The notes under the pieces: generated by a model | The model's input: only the letters and a program-made list of their open reading frames with translations | Told to the model about the DNA's origin: nothing | Databases searched by the model: none | NCBI GenBank assembly: GCA_963764165.1 | Contig: CAVXRD010000003.1 | Location: forward strand, 256,001 to 320,000 | DNA from: an uncultured Verrucomicrobiae bacterium | GTDB lineage: Bacteria > Verrucomicrobiota > Verrucomicrobiia > Limisphaerales > Palsa-1400 | Length of the DNA stretch: 64,000 nucleotides | Direction: 5' to 3' | Shown here: in pieces, positions 1-10,800 of the stretch | How the letters are laid out: each line of letters starts with the position of its first letter | How positions within the stretch are numbered: the stretch's first letter is position 1 | Made by a program: the position numbers and the translations under genes

Positions 1-999
1 AACGACTTGAATTTTCTGCAAACTCTGGCGGATTATTGCAGCGGGGCCTTCGAGCGCATCTGGCGGGAGGAAAACGTGGCGGCGCTGCACCAGAAGCTGC
101 TGGAAACATCGCGGCAGGCTGGCATGGCGGAAGTGGCCACCAGCGTCCTGCACAACGTTGGAAACGTGCTCAACAGCGTTAATATCTCCGCCAGCATGGT
201 GGATGAACAGGTGAGAAAGTCGCGGGTGGCCGACGTGGGCCGGCTGGCCAAACTGCTCGAGGAACACACCGGAGACCGCGCCGCCTTTTTGAGCAGCGAT
301 CCCAGGGGGAAAAAGGTTCCCGAATTCATCTCCCTCCTGGCGGAGCAGCTCGGCTCTGAACAAGCGGCGATATTGGAGGAAGTCTCATCTCTGCGCCAAA
401 ACGTGGAGCATATCAAAGAAATTGTTGCCATGCAGCAAAGCTATGCACGGGTGTCCGGTGTGTTTGACAACATTAAGGTGGCGGATTTGCTTGAAGATGC
501 CTTGCGGATGAACGAAGGTTCGCTCGCGCGCCACGGCGTCGAGGTTTTGCGGGATTTCAGCGCTCTGCCGGTGATTTGCACTGACAAACATAAAGTGCTG
601 CAGATTCTCATCAATCTGGTGCGCAACGCCAAGTATGCCTGTGATGAATCAGGCCGCGGCGATAAACAGGTGATTCTGCGCGCAACCAACCAAGGAGACC
701 GCGTGACAATCTCCGTCATTGATAACGGAGTTGGCATTCCGCCGGAAAACCTCACACGGATTTTCAGCCACGGGTTTACGACCCGAAAGAACGGCCATGG
801 CTTCGGCTTGCACAGCGGCGCGCTGGCAGCCAGGGAGCTGGGCGGGTCTCTCACCGCATCCAGTGAAGGCCCCGGCCTTGGCGCCTCTTTTACTCTGGAA
901 CTGCCGTGCCGCCCTCCTTCTTCTGACGACGAAGCCAAAAAGAAAGACGACCGCACCGAATATGCGCTGAGCATTCCCAAGGAATTCCATGCCCAATAA
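1..999 (+). CDS. Sensor histidine kinase (end of GAF, HisKA-like H-box, HATPase), 5' part outside window
   Basis: Frame open from base 1; H-box ATSVLHNVGNVLNS, N-box NLVRNA, DNGVGI, FTTR, GHGFGL motifs. Confidence 0.9.
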   Translation, partial: NDLNFLQTLADYCSGAFERIWREENVAALHQKLLETSRQAGMAEVATSVLHNVGNVLNSVNISASMVDEQVRKSRVADVGRLAKLLEEHTGDRAAFLSSDPRGKKVPEFISLLAEQLGSEQAAILEEVSSLRQNVEHIKEIVAMQQSYARVSGVFDNIKVADLLEDALRMNEGSLARHGVEVLRDFSALPVICTDKHKVLQILINLVRNAKYACDESGRGDKQVILRATNQGDRVTISVIDNGVGIPPENLTRIFSHGFTTRKNGHGFGLHSGALAARELGGSLTASSEGPGLGASFTLELPCRPPSSDDEAKKKDDRTEYALSIPKEFHAQ

Positions 1000-3259
1000 C
1001 TTTAATCGGCGAATTCTGGTGGTTGACGACAATCGGGCGATTCACGACGACTTTCGCAAGATTCTCTCGCCTGTGGCGCAAGGGAGTGCTTATGGAGATA
1101 TCGCGACCGATCTTTTTGGCGAAAGCGCGGAGGAAAATGAGTTCGCCGGCTTCGAGCTCGATGTCGCCTCCCAGGGCCGGGAAGGTTTGGAAATGGTCAA
1201 GCGAGCTGTGGCCGAGGACAGGCCATACAGCGTCGCGTTTATTGATGTTCGCATGCCGCCCGGCTGGGACGGGATCGAAACCACGGCCGAGATCTGGAAA
1301 ATTTGCCCTGAAATGCAAGTGGTTATCTGCACCGCTTATTCGGATTATGACTGGGGCGGCATCAACCGCAAACTCGGCAAGACGGACCATTTGCTCATCC
1401 TCAAGAAACCTTTTGACACGGTGGAAGTGCTGCAAATGGCCGAGACCCTGGCCCAGAAATGGAGCCTGGCCCGACAGGCCAAGTGGCGGTTGTCGGATTT
1501 GGATACGATGGTCAATCAACGCACGCAGGAGCTGCGTGTATCCAATGAGCAGCTTGCCGCGTTTTCCAGTCTGGCCCGCCTCCTGAGCGCACCGCAGACG
1601 ATCAAGGCGGCTGGGCAAATTATTCTCGATACGGCCGATCGCTTGCTTCGCTATGATGCCTGCATGCTGGATCTCTATTCGCCAGACACCGACATTCTCA
1701 CGCCTGTTCTGCATGCCGATGTAATCGGTGGCCAGCGTAAAGAATGCCCTGGGGATTACGCAAATCGCTCGCCTTCGCCGCTGGTGCGAAAGACGCTCCA
1801 GGAGGGAGGGCAGTTGGTGTTGAAAAGCGATCCAGCCCGCATGTTGCCAGGCGGCCATCCCTTCGGAGATACGAGCCGTCCTTCCGCCGCGATCATGTTT
1901 GTCCCCATCCACAACGGCACAACGGTCATCGGCGTCCTCTCGATTCAAAGTTACACACCCAACGCCTACGATCAGCGAAGCCTCCACACCCTGCAAGCCC
2001 TTGCCGATCATTGCGGAGCCGCGCTGAATCGCATCCGGACTGAGGAAGCGCTCCAAAGCACGCAAGAACAACTGCGCCAGTCCCAAAAACTGGAAGCTAT
2101 TGGCCAGCTCGCCGGCGGGGTCGCTCATGACTTTAATAATCTCCTGACCGTTATTGGCGGAAACGCCGATCTGGCGCGCAGCCAAGTCCAGGATTCTTCC
2201 CCGGGCATCACCGAATTTCTCGATCAAATCCGCGCCGCAAGTGATCGGGCGGCCAACCTGACGCGGCAATTGCTCGCCTTTAGCCGAAAGCAGATGATGC
2301 GTTCCCAGCCCGTTGACCTGGCTAGTGTCGTTATGAATCTGAGCAAGATGCTAACGCGGCTCATTGGCGAAAATGTTGAGCTAAGCTGCCGTTACGCTCC
2401 CGGGCTGCCCCCGGTGACGGCTGATATCGGAATGCTCGAACAGGCGCTGGTCAATCTGGTGGTGAATGCCCGTGATGCCATGCCGGACGGGGGGCAACTG
2501 CTCATCACAACCGAACAAGTCACCTACAAGGCGGGCGCCACTCCCTCTCACCCGGAAGCGCGCCCCGGCGATTTTGTCTGCATAACCGTGAAGGACACCG
2601 GCACGGGCATATCCCCTGAAAACCTGTCCCGCGTCTTCGAGCCTTTCTTCACGACAAAAGACGTGGGCAAAGGCACCGGCCTGGGCCTTGCCACCGTGTA
2701 CGGGATTGTCAAGCAGCATCAGGGCTGGATTGAATTGTCCAGCCAGGTTGGCGCAGGCTCCGCTTTCGCCATTTGCCTGCCCGCCTTGGAATCCGCCAGA
2801 CCGGCCTCAAACGAACAAACGCCAGCGGTGGCCGAGTCACCCCACGGCAAGGAAACCGTTCTGCTGGTCGAAGATGAAGAGGCTGTCCGCTTGGTCACTC
2901 GCCTCCTGCTGGAACGATTTGGCTATCGCGTCCTGGAAGCGCGTTCCGGGCGTGATGCTCTAAAAATCTGGGAGTCCGCCGCGCCGGAAGTGGATTTGCT
3001 TTTAACGGATGTCGTGATGCCGGATGGAGTCAATGGCCGCAAACTCGCGGAGGAACTTCGTGAGAAGAAGGCGTCACTTAAAGTCATCTTCCAGAGTGGC
3101 TACGGTGGAGAAATCATGGCTGGCAGCAGCGAATTCCTTCGCGAGTCCAATAGCTACTTCCTGCAAAAGCCCTGCGCCCCGCGGGACCTGCTTTGCGCCG
3201 TGCGGCGCTGCCTGGATGGCCTGCCTGACCTTCTCCAGCAGGTTTCTACGCGGGCTTGA
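989..3259 (+). CDS. Hybrid kinase: REC-GAF-HisKA-HATPase-REC
   Basis: N-terminal ILVVDD..DVRMP..KP, GAF segment, AHDFNNLL H-box, GTGLGL, C-terminal VLLVED..DVVMP; overlaps stop of upstream kinase. Confidence 0.93.
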   Translation: MPNNFNRRILVVDDNRAIHDDFRKILSPVAQGSAYGDIATDLFGESAEENEFAGFELDVASQGREGLEMVKRAVAEDRPYSVAFIDVRMPPGWDGIETTAEIWKICPEMQVVICTAYSDYDWGGINRKLGKTDHLLILKKPFDTVEVLQMAETLAQKWSLARQAKWRLSDLDTMVNQRTQELRVSNEQLAAFSSLARLLSAPQTIKAAGQIILDTADRLLRYDACMLDLYSPDTDILTPVLHADVIGGQRKECPGDYANRSPSPLVRKTLQEGGQLVLKSDPARMLPGGHPFGDTSRPSAAIMFVPIHNGTTVIGVLSIQSYTPNAYDQRSLHTLQALADHCGAALNRIRTEEALQSTQEQLRQSQKLEAIGQLAGGVAHDFNNLLTVIGGNADLARSQVQDSSPGITEFLDQIRAASDRAANLTRQLLAFSRKQMMRSQPVDLASVVMNLSKMLTRLIGENVELSCRYAPGLPPVTADIGMLEQALVNLVVNARDAMPDGGQLLITTEQVTYKAGATPSHPEARPGDFVCITVKDTGTGISPENLSRVFEPFFTTKDVGKGTGLGLATVYGIVKQHQGWIELSSQVGAGSAFAICLPALESARPASNEQTPAVAESPHGKETVLLVEDEEAVRLVTRLLLERFGYRVLEARSGRDALKIWESAAPEVDLLLTDVVMPDGVNGRKLAEELREKKASLKVIFQSGYGGEIMAGSSEFLRESNSYFLQKPCAPRDLLCAVRRCLDGLPDLLQQVSTRA

Positions 3260-3504
3260 AGTCCGGTTGCGGCCCGGATGACCTCAACCACAGCCTAAAG
3301 GCAGGCTGTCGGCAAAAGGAATTGAAGGGCTGGCCACAGATTCACACAGATCAACACAGATTTCTGAATTGTCTGAAATGCACAAAGACGAAGGTTCGAT
3401 TGCCTCCCACCGGCCATTCAGCAGAAATGCCGGCCGCGATCCTCATTCGCGCGCACCAGCAGAACCTCCTTGTCTTGCCCCCGCCCGGCTGCTTGCATCA
3501 AGGC

Positions 3505-4767
3505 ATGATCTCGAAAGCACTTAGCGCAATTCGACTCCCGCTCGGCCCCGGCAAATTTCTGCTGGCGATGCTGTTGGCTGTTCGGGTCTGTTGCGGGAGC
3601 GACTATTTTCCACCGCCCGACAGCGAAGGCGGATGGCGCCCTGCAAACGATGCGGCTCAAGTCAGGAAGCGCGCCGGCCTTGACCTTCCTCAAATGGAAC
3701 GGGCGTTTGATTTCACCCAGCGCTGCAGCCAGAACGGAGGATTGCTGGTGGTGCGGCATGGATACCTGGCGTTTGAGAAGTATTTCGGACGCGCGTTTCG
3801 GGACGCAAATCCCGACATGGCGTCCACCGGCAAAGCCGTCACGAGCATCGCGTGTGGAATCATGCTCAGCGAGTTCCACGACAAGATTCCTGAGGGTCTC
3901 GATCAAAAGGTATTTACGGAGAAATACCTGCCCGAAGCATTTCCGTTGGATGATCCAAGGAAGGCCGGCATTACGCTTGGCCAATTGCTTTGCATGACGG
4001 CTGGCTATCATGGCGAAGGGTCCAGTCCAGGAATTACCTATGGAAATGTAATCCCATTGACTCCCGTTCCCGGCCAGAACATTCATGACTTGGACATGTC
4101 TTCGCTTCGCACCGTTCTATGGACAAATCCCGGCGCGGGCTATTCCTATTCCTCCCCTTCCCCGCATATCGCTTCGATAGTGCTGCGCCATGTAACCGGG
4201 ATGGAATTGCAGGATTATATCAATGAGCGTCTCGCCAAACCCATGGGCTGGGGACCGTGGGGATATTGTTTGCACCGTGGAGACTTTCTCATGCCGCACG
4301 CCAACGGAGCCGGCAGCATCGCACTGCACGCGACGGACGCCCTTCGTTTCGGCTACTGCCTTTTGCACCAGGGCAAATGGGGCGCGATGCAGTTGGTTCC
4401 GGCGGACTTCGTTGCGTCGTGCGGCAAACCATCGCCGTTTAATCCGCACTGCCCGTTCAGCTTGATGTTCGAGAACAATTCCGATGGCCACGTCGCCGGC
4501 GCGCCGCGCGATGCATTTTACAAATCCGGCGCGGGCGGATTCGGAATTTTTGTGGTGCCGTCTTTGGACATGGTAATCTACAAACTGGGCGGCAACGACG
4601 GTCAATACGATCCGAAATTGACCGGCCTGCCCCAGAATTTCAGCTACGATGGTTCCCGTGATAATTGGCACCCCATCGCACGAACCCCCTTCAACGAGGG
4701 CAGCATGGGCGGCGACGACGGCTTGAGACGCGTGCTCGAAATGGTTTCGGCCGCGGTGAGAGATTGA
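3505..4767 (+). CDS. Secreted serine hydrolase, beta-lactamase/class C-like family
   Basis: SxxK (ASTGK), YSS and KSG-like motifs; hydrophobic N-terminus; start moved to ATG 3505. Confidence 0.8.
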   Translation: MISKALSAIRLPLGPGKFLLAMLLAVRVCCGSDYFPPPDSEGGWRPANDAAQVRKRAGLDLPQMERAFDFTQRCSQNGGLLVVRHGYLAFEKYFGRAFRDANPDMASTGKAVTSIACGIMLSEFHDKIPEGLDQKVFTEKYLPEAFPLDDPRKAGITLGQLLCMTAGYHGEGSSPGITYGNVIPLTPVPGQNIHDLDMSSLRTVLWTNPGAGYSYSSPSPHIASIVLRHVTGMELQDYINERLAKPMGWGPWGYCLHRGDFLMPHANGAGSIALHATDALRFGYCLLHQGKWGAMQLVPADFVASCGKPSPFNPHCPFSLMFENNSDGHVAGAPRDAFYKSGAGGFGIFVVPSLDMVIYKLGGNDGQYDPKLTGLPQNFSYDGSRDNWHPIARTPFNEGSMGGDDGLRRVLEMVSAAVRD

Positions 4768-4859
4768 GGTTCCTCATTTGGAATTGAGTTCTTCGCCACG
4801 GAAGTGATTCTTCACATTGACCAGATGCTCAAGCGTCGGTTGAAAGCGAGGTAGCTCCA

Positions 4860-5009
4860 CTGCCCGTGAAATTCAAACAGGTGACGCTGCCCAACATGCC
4901 AGTGCGCTACGCCGTGGAGGTCGTCAGTCCGCAGGGCTGGACGGTTCGATTGCAAAGCGATTCGGAGGTTCAAACTTTGACCCAACTGTTGCAGGCGCTG
5001 CCATGCTAA
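4860..5009 (+). pseudogene. C-terminal fragment of IS66 TnpA
   Basis: Hand translation FKQVTLP..AVEVVSPQGWTVRL..LLQALPC*, overlapping the tnpB start; N-terminal HTH absent. Confidence 0.6.
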
Positions 5010-5338
5010 ACGTGTCGGGCACGACGCGGGTGCTGGTGGCCACGACCCCTGTAGATTTGCGCGGCAGCTTCAACCGACTCTACGGAGTGGTGATAGAACA
5101 TCTGAAGGGCAATCCCCTGTCTGGCAATCTCTATCTGTTCACCAATCGGCGGCACAATCGCATCAAGATTCTATGGTGGGATGGAAGCGGATTGTGGATT
5201 TCCGCAAAACGCTTGGAGCGCGGACGGTTCACCATTCCGGTAAGTGAAAATGGACAGGTCAGTTTGCGCGGCGAAGAGTTCAATGCGCTGATTCACGGGT
5301 TGGTAATCAACGCAAAAAAGGATTGGTATCGGCGTTGA
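5003..5338 (+). CDS. tnpB: IS66 accessory protein TnpB
   Basis: PVDLRGSF, LFTNRR..RIKILWWDGSG...KRLERGRF signature. Confidence 0.93.
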   Translation: MLNVSGTTRVLVATTPVDLRGSFNRLYGVVIEHLKGNPLSGNLYLFTNRRHNRIKILWWDGSGLWISAKRLERGRFTIPVSENGQVSLRGEEFNALIHGLVINAKKDWYRR

Positions 5339-5390
5339 ATAATATTTTCACCGAGTTTGAACAAAAGATTTCTACTGCCGTCAGAGATGC

Positions 5391-6127
5391 ATGGCCGACA
5401 CCACGCTGGTTCAAACAGTGGAAGAGTTGAGTGCCCGTGTCGTCACATTGGAGACTGAGAACCGGCTGCTGCGGCAAAAGCTCGACCATATATCCGCCAT
5501 TACTTCGGCGGTCAGCGCAATGAAGGTCTGGACAAACACCAACTCGAACTGCTGCTGCAAGGCTTGCCCAACGTCATCGCATTGCCGACGCCTGAACCCA
5601 AACCTGCGGCAACTTCACGTTCAGGCACACCCCATCCAGTGCGCCGAATGCTGGCCGAAGATAAACTGGAGACGCAGGAGATTGTGATTGAACCACAGGA
5701 AGTTCAGGCACAGCCAGATGGTTGGAAGAAGATCGGCGAAGAACGCACCTGCCAACTCGAATGGGTCGCGCCCAAAATTATCAAACGCGTTTATATCCGT
5801 CCGCGTTACGTAAAACAGGAACGCTTTGCCCTAGCCCCAGTGCCGCCACAACCGATTGAACAAGGCATGGTAGGTCCGGGCTTGCTGGCGCAGATTTTGG
5901 TCAGCAAATATGAATACCATCAACCGCTTTATCCTGAAGCCGGTGAACGTAGCGCGGTGATCTACACGTTGTTGGGCAGTTGTCGGCGGCATGGGATCAA
6001 TCCCTTTGAGTATTTGAAGGATTTGTTCACCTGGCTGCCGGTGGCCAAGATTGCCCAGATTAAGGAGTTCATGCCTGTGGCCTGGGCCAAGGCCAAAGCC
6101 GGGGAGAAAATCGCGCAAGCGGCGTGA
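5391..6127 (+). pseudogene. IS66 transposase TnpC, frameshifted and internally deleted
   Basis: Coiled-coil N-terminus with frameshift near 5489; SKYEYHQPLY joined directly to C-terminal domain (SAVIYTLLGSCRRHGINPFEYL). Confidence 0.88.
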
Positions 6128-6188
6128 CTCCACCTTTATCATGCCGTTTTCTTGTGATAGCCACAGAATTCCTCAATTTACCCAACGA

Positions 6189-7157
6189 ATGATTGCGCCA
6201 TTGGCAAAATTCATTGATTGGTCAGTTCTTCAATTGGCAGGCGCCGTTGTTGGGCTGAGACATGCGCCCAGGCCAAAATGGAAATTGGAGGAAGCGCTTG
6301 AATTCCTAAATGGGCCGGACTTTATCCCCGCCGCAAGCGATCCGGCGCGGATTGAATTTGATGGGCCGCGGCATTTCACATTTCCCACGCCGCGCCCGTG
6401 CGAAGACGAGGAGAACAACATCGTTTATGGCCGGCTCTATCGGTGTGAGGAACGCTTGCAGGAACGACCGGCGATCATTCTCTTGGATGGCGCTTTTTCC
6501 GTCGGTTATCATACCGCCTTTCCATGGCTGGCCCGCCGGATCAATCGGGCCGGATTCAACGTGGCCACATGGGTCGCTCCCTACGATCTTCAACGCCGTC
6601 CGCGCCGACCCATTAAAGAGAATTGTTTGGAGTTTGCGCGGGTTATGGCACAGAACGTCGCCGAGATTCGCGCGCTGATTGGCTGGCTGCTTGACGAAGG
6701 TTGCCCATCTGTGGGGCTCGTGGGTTTTTCGTTTGGGGGATGGACTGCGGGATTGACTGCGTGCAACGACGCACGCATCGCCTGTGCCGTTCTGACTGTG
6801 CCCGCCGTGCGCATGACGCACTCCCCTCTGCCGGTCGTGTGGCGACGGCTTCGGGAAGCGTTCAAGGCTCTGAGGCCGGCACACGAAGCAATGGATGCTA
6901 CCCGGTTAAATTTGATTTCATCCACGCCAGTCATCCCGAAAGATAATATTTTGTTGATTGAAGGAATCCATGATTTGTTCGCGGAGAGGCAACCGATCGA
7001 GGAACTCTGGCAAAAGTGGGAACAACCTGAAATCTGGCGATTGCCTCACGGCCACATTAGCGGGCTGTTCACGCCGGGCTTGACGGGGCGTGTCCTTCGC
7101 TGGCTGTCGCCCCGCCTGAATGCGCCATCCGTTCAAACAGCTCAAGCGCCCCATTAG
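6189..7157 (+). CDS. Alpha/beta hydrolase family protein
   Basis: GFSFGG nucleophile elbow, later Asp (IHDLF) and His (GHIS); start uncertain (6141 or 6189). Confidence 0.8.
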   Translation: MIAPLAKFIDWSVLQLAGAVVGLRHAPRPKWKLEEALEFLNGPDFIPAASDPARIEFDGPRHFTFPTPRPCEDEENNIVYGRLYRCEERLQERPAIILLDGAFSVGYHTAFPWLARRINRAGFNVATWVAPYDLQRRPRRPIKENCLEFARVMAQNVAEIRALIGWLLDEGCPSVGLVGFSFGGWTAGLTACNDARIACAVLTVPAVRMTHSPLPVVWRRLREAFKALRPAHEAMDATRLNLISSTPVIPKDNILLIEGIHDLFAERQPIEELWQKWEQPEIWRLPHGHISGLFTPGLTGRVLRWLSPRLNAPSVQTAQAPH

Positions 7158-7249
7158 CCAGTAGCGAGCATCAGCGTCGGAAAGTCATCATCTGGCAGAT
7201 GTGCTTCGTCAGCCGGATACGATGAATGACCCGCAGTGAGTCGGGGTAA

Positions 7250-7666
7250 ATGAAAAAGTTGGTCACAAAAGTCTGGCCGCTAATGGCGTTTATTGGTGGA
7301 TTTTGCATTTATGAAGGGTTTCTCTTCGTCAACGACTACATTGCCCCACTTTTTCTAAATTCCCGTCTCGAACGACTCCATGAAACGGGGCTTCCGAAGG
7401 CCTGGATTGAAAACGGAAGCCTTCATTGTCGAATGAAAGCAGACGATTTCTGTTTGCCACTTCCGTACGGCTATCGCGCACTGGCCCCTAGAATTACCTC
7501 GGGCGGTTTTGATACAGTAGATGGGGTTGTCGAGCTTCGCCGAGATAATTCAGCAAAAGGCGCTGCCGGTTCCGAATTTCGCAATGTCCAGATCGGTGGT
7601 GACGTCCAGGTTGAACAAACGCTCGAGGGCATCATCATTCACTTTCATTACTTTGGCGATAAATGA
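7250..7666 (+). CDS. Hypothetical protein with N-terminal membrane anchor
   Basis: 138-aa ORF, hydrophobic N-terminus, no recognised motif. Confidence 0.55.
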   Translation: MKKLVTKVWPLMAFIGGFCIYEGFLFVNDYIAPLFLNSRLERLHETGLPKAWIENGSLHCRMKADDFCLPLPYGYRALAPRITSGGFDTVDGVVELRRDNSAKGAAGSEFRNVQIGGDVQVEQTLEGIIIHFHYFGDK

Positions 7667-7883
7667 ATCACGCACGTATGCGGACCGGGCAACCAGCAAC
7701 TTAAACCCATCGGCTTTTCCCCTATCGCAAAGGGAGTAGTTCACCCCATGCCGCCCTCAGATTGTCTTTACGAAAATTCCGCATGATGTGCTTGAGGCAA
7801 ATCGCGTGAACTCCGCGTCCGGCTGCAATTAGTGCATTCTTGCCGGGTTCTGAGTCCAGCGTTTTACCTCGGCAGTCTGATTT

Positions 7884-10800
7884 ATGACAAATGGTTCCTC
7901 AAACGATGTCGGCAAGGTAAAATCGAAGAGCCACCTTCTGGGTGGGATTTTCGCGGCGGGGGCGCTGCTCTTGCTCGCGAGCATGTTGATCACATTCCGC
8001 GCCGGGCACGTCTCAATCGAGGCCCAGCGCAAAATGGACGCGCAACTCAAGGTTCTCACGCAGATCAAACAATGGGAATCGACCGTCAAGGATGCCGAGA
8101 CCGGCCAGCGGGGCTATTTGCTCACCGGAGAAGACCGCTATCTTCAACCGTATTTGAATGCCTTGACCAATCTTGCCATCGAGGCGAGCGCCCTGAGACA
8201 AATGGTGGCCGACGGCGAGTTGTCGGGCGGGGAAATGAGCCGCACAGCCGACCTCATCCAGTTGAAACTTTCAGAATTGGCCGAGACTCTCCAGGCGCGG
8301 AAGCAAAGCGGGCTTGAAGCCGCCTTGGCCATCGTGAAAACCGACAAGGGCAAACAGACGATGGATCAGATTCGCGCAAGCTGCGATGACCTTATCCAAA
8401 TGGCCCAGCAAAAATACGACAATGCCAGCGCGCAGGCGGATGATGTTAATTTCTGGCGGACGGTCTTGTTCGTCGTGGTGACCATCTTAAATCTCGGCTT
8501 CTTCGCATGGGCCTTCTCAAGGATTTCGCGCCAGGAATGGCTCCAGCTCGGACACTCCAAGCTTAACGAAAATGTCGTCGGCGACGCCCAGCTTGAGGTG
8601 ATGACCAATAAAGCGCTCGCCTTCCTGGCCGAGTATCTGCATGCGAAAGTGGGGACGATCTTTGTGGAGGACGGCGGCGTATTTCGGCGCACGGCGTCCT
8701 ACGCGCTGGCCCGCAGCCACGGCCTGCCGGATAAATTTGAGTATGGCGAAGGCCTGATCGGCCAGGCCGCCAAAGACAAACGCGCGTTTGTCGTCCACAA
8801 TATTCGCGAAAACCATCTGCCGGTGACGACGGGTCTTGGAACAAGCCAGCCGCGCACGCTGATTGTCGCGCCGTTGAAAGCTGACAGCGTTGTCAATGCC
8901 GTGGTTGAATTGGGATTTTCGAATGTTGCGCCGGGAGGGGCGCTCGACTTGCTGGAACGCGTCAGCGAATCCCTCGGCATGGCGGTGCGCTCAGCGCAAT
9001 ACCGCACGCGCTTGCAGGAATTGCTCGAGGAAACACAGCGCCAGGGCGAAGAATTGCAGTCGCAAAGCGAGGAGTTGCGAGTCTCGAACGAGGAACTTGC
9101 CGAACAGAGCCGCGCGTTAAAAGAATCTCACGCGCGGCTGGAGCAGCAGCAAATTGAACTGGAGCAAACCAATTCCCAACTAGAGGAACAAACGCAAATG
9201 CTCGAGGCGCAGCGCAGCGATCTCGTCCAGGCCAAGGAGGAGCTGGAGAATCAGGCCCGGCTCGTCGAGCAGGCCAGCCGCTACAAATCCGACTTCCTGG
9301 CCAATATGTCGCACGAGCTTCGCACGCCGCTGAATTCCTCCCTCATCCTGGCGAAATTGCTGGCCGACAATCGCGGGGGAAATCTGACGGCGGAGCAAAT
9401 CAAATACGCCAACACGATTCACTCGGCCGGGCATGATTTGTTGAATTTGATCAACGACGTGCTCGACCTCGCCAAAGTCGAGGCCGGAAAGATGGATCTC
9501 AAGACGGAATCCGTCCTGGTCGCCGATTTGCTGGAAAGCCTGCGCGGCATGTTTGAGCCGATGTGCGCGGCGAAGAAGCTGACATTGCGCTGCACTATTG
9601 ATCCGACGGCCCCCGAATCGCTGGAGACAGATCGCCGCCGGCTGGAGCAAGTGTTAAAGAACCTCCTTTCCAATGCTGTCAAGTTTACGGAGAAAGGCGA
9701 AGTGGGGCTGGATGTTTCGCGCGCCCAGAATCGGGCGGTGGCCTTTGCCGTTCGCGACACGGGAATCGGCATCGCTCAAAATCAGCAAAAGATCATTTTT
9801 GAGCCATTCCGCCAGGTCGATCCTACGCCGGACCGAAAATACGGCGGCACCGGGCTGGGGCTTTCGATCTCACGCGAATTGGTGCGCCTGATGGGTGGGA
9901 CAATGACGGTTCGCAGCGAGGTGGATCGAGGGAGCGTCTTCACCCTTATTTTGCCCGAAAAGTATATCGAGCCTAAAGGTGGGGGGGCCGCATCAGCCAA
10001 CGTCGTCACTGCAGTGAATCCGTCGCAATCCTATTATGCCACGCCGCCCCGCCCCGCCCCCGCGCGCCAGCAAAAACCGCAATTGCCTGACGACCGCGAA
10101 ACACTGGGCGGCGGGGACCGCGTCATCCTGATTGTTGAGGACGACGCTTCGTTTGCGGAAATTCTTCGCGATCTCGCGCATGAAATGCAGTTTCAGGCGC
10201 TTATCGGGCAGAGCGCCGAGCAGGCGCTCATCCTGGCGCGGCAATTCAAGCCAAACGCCGTTATACTTGACATCGGCTTGCCGGATAATTCCGGGATGTT
10301 TGTGCTGGAGCGCCTGAAGGCGGACCCGCGCACACGCCATATTCCTGTTCACGTCGTCTCCGCCAATGATTACTCCCAGCCCGCCCTCGCGATGGGCGCG
10401 GTCGGTTACATGCTCAAACCGGTGAAGCGCGACCAGCTCGTGGAAGCGTTTCAGAAGCTGGAAATCAAGCTCACTCAGAAATTGCGCCGCGTCCTTCTCG
10501 TGGAGGACGATGCGGCGCAGTTGGACAGCCTCAAGGAGCTGCTCGGTTCGCGCGAAGTGGAAACCGTCGGCGCCCGCACCGCAAGGGAGTGCCTGGAGAA
10601 ATTGAAGGAGGCGACATTTGATTGCATGGTGCTGGACTTAAGCCTGCCCGACGCGACCGGTTTCTCGCTGCTGGAAACTTTAAGCGCGGAAGAATCCTAT
10701 TCCTTCCCGCCCGTCATTATTTACACCGGCAAGGAATTGACCGATGACGAGGAGCAAAAGCTGCGGAAGTATTCCAAGTCAATCATCATCAAAGGCGCCA

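Larger units (their letters stand above)
4860..6127 (+). mobile_element. Decayed IS66-family element (tnpA fragment, tnpB, broken tnpC)
   Basis: Canonical tnpA-tnpB-tnpC order; no terminal repeats recognised, so limits are approximate. Confidence 0.88.

Noticed and set aside
3256..3504. 83-aa N-terminal extension of the serine hydrolase
   Set aside because: Runs through a hairpin and the CACAGAT microrepeat; a signal-peptide-like sequence begins only after 3505.
4851..6135. CTCCAC on both sides of the IS66 relic as a target duplication
   Set aside because: Only 6 bp and not adjacent to recognisable IS66 terminal repeats; likely chance.
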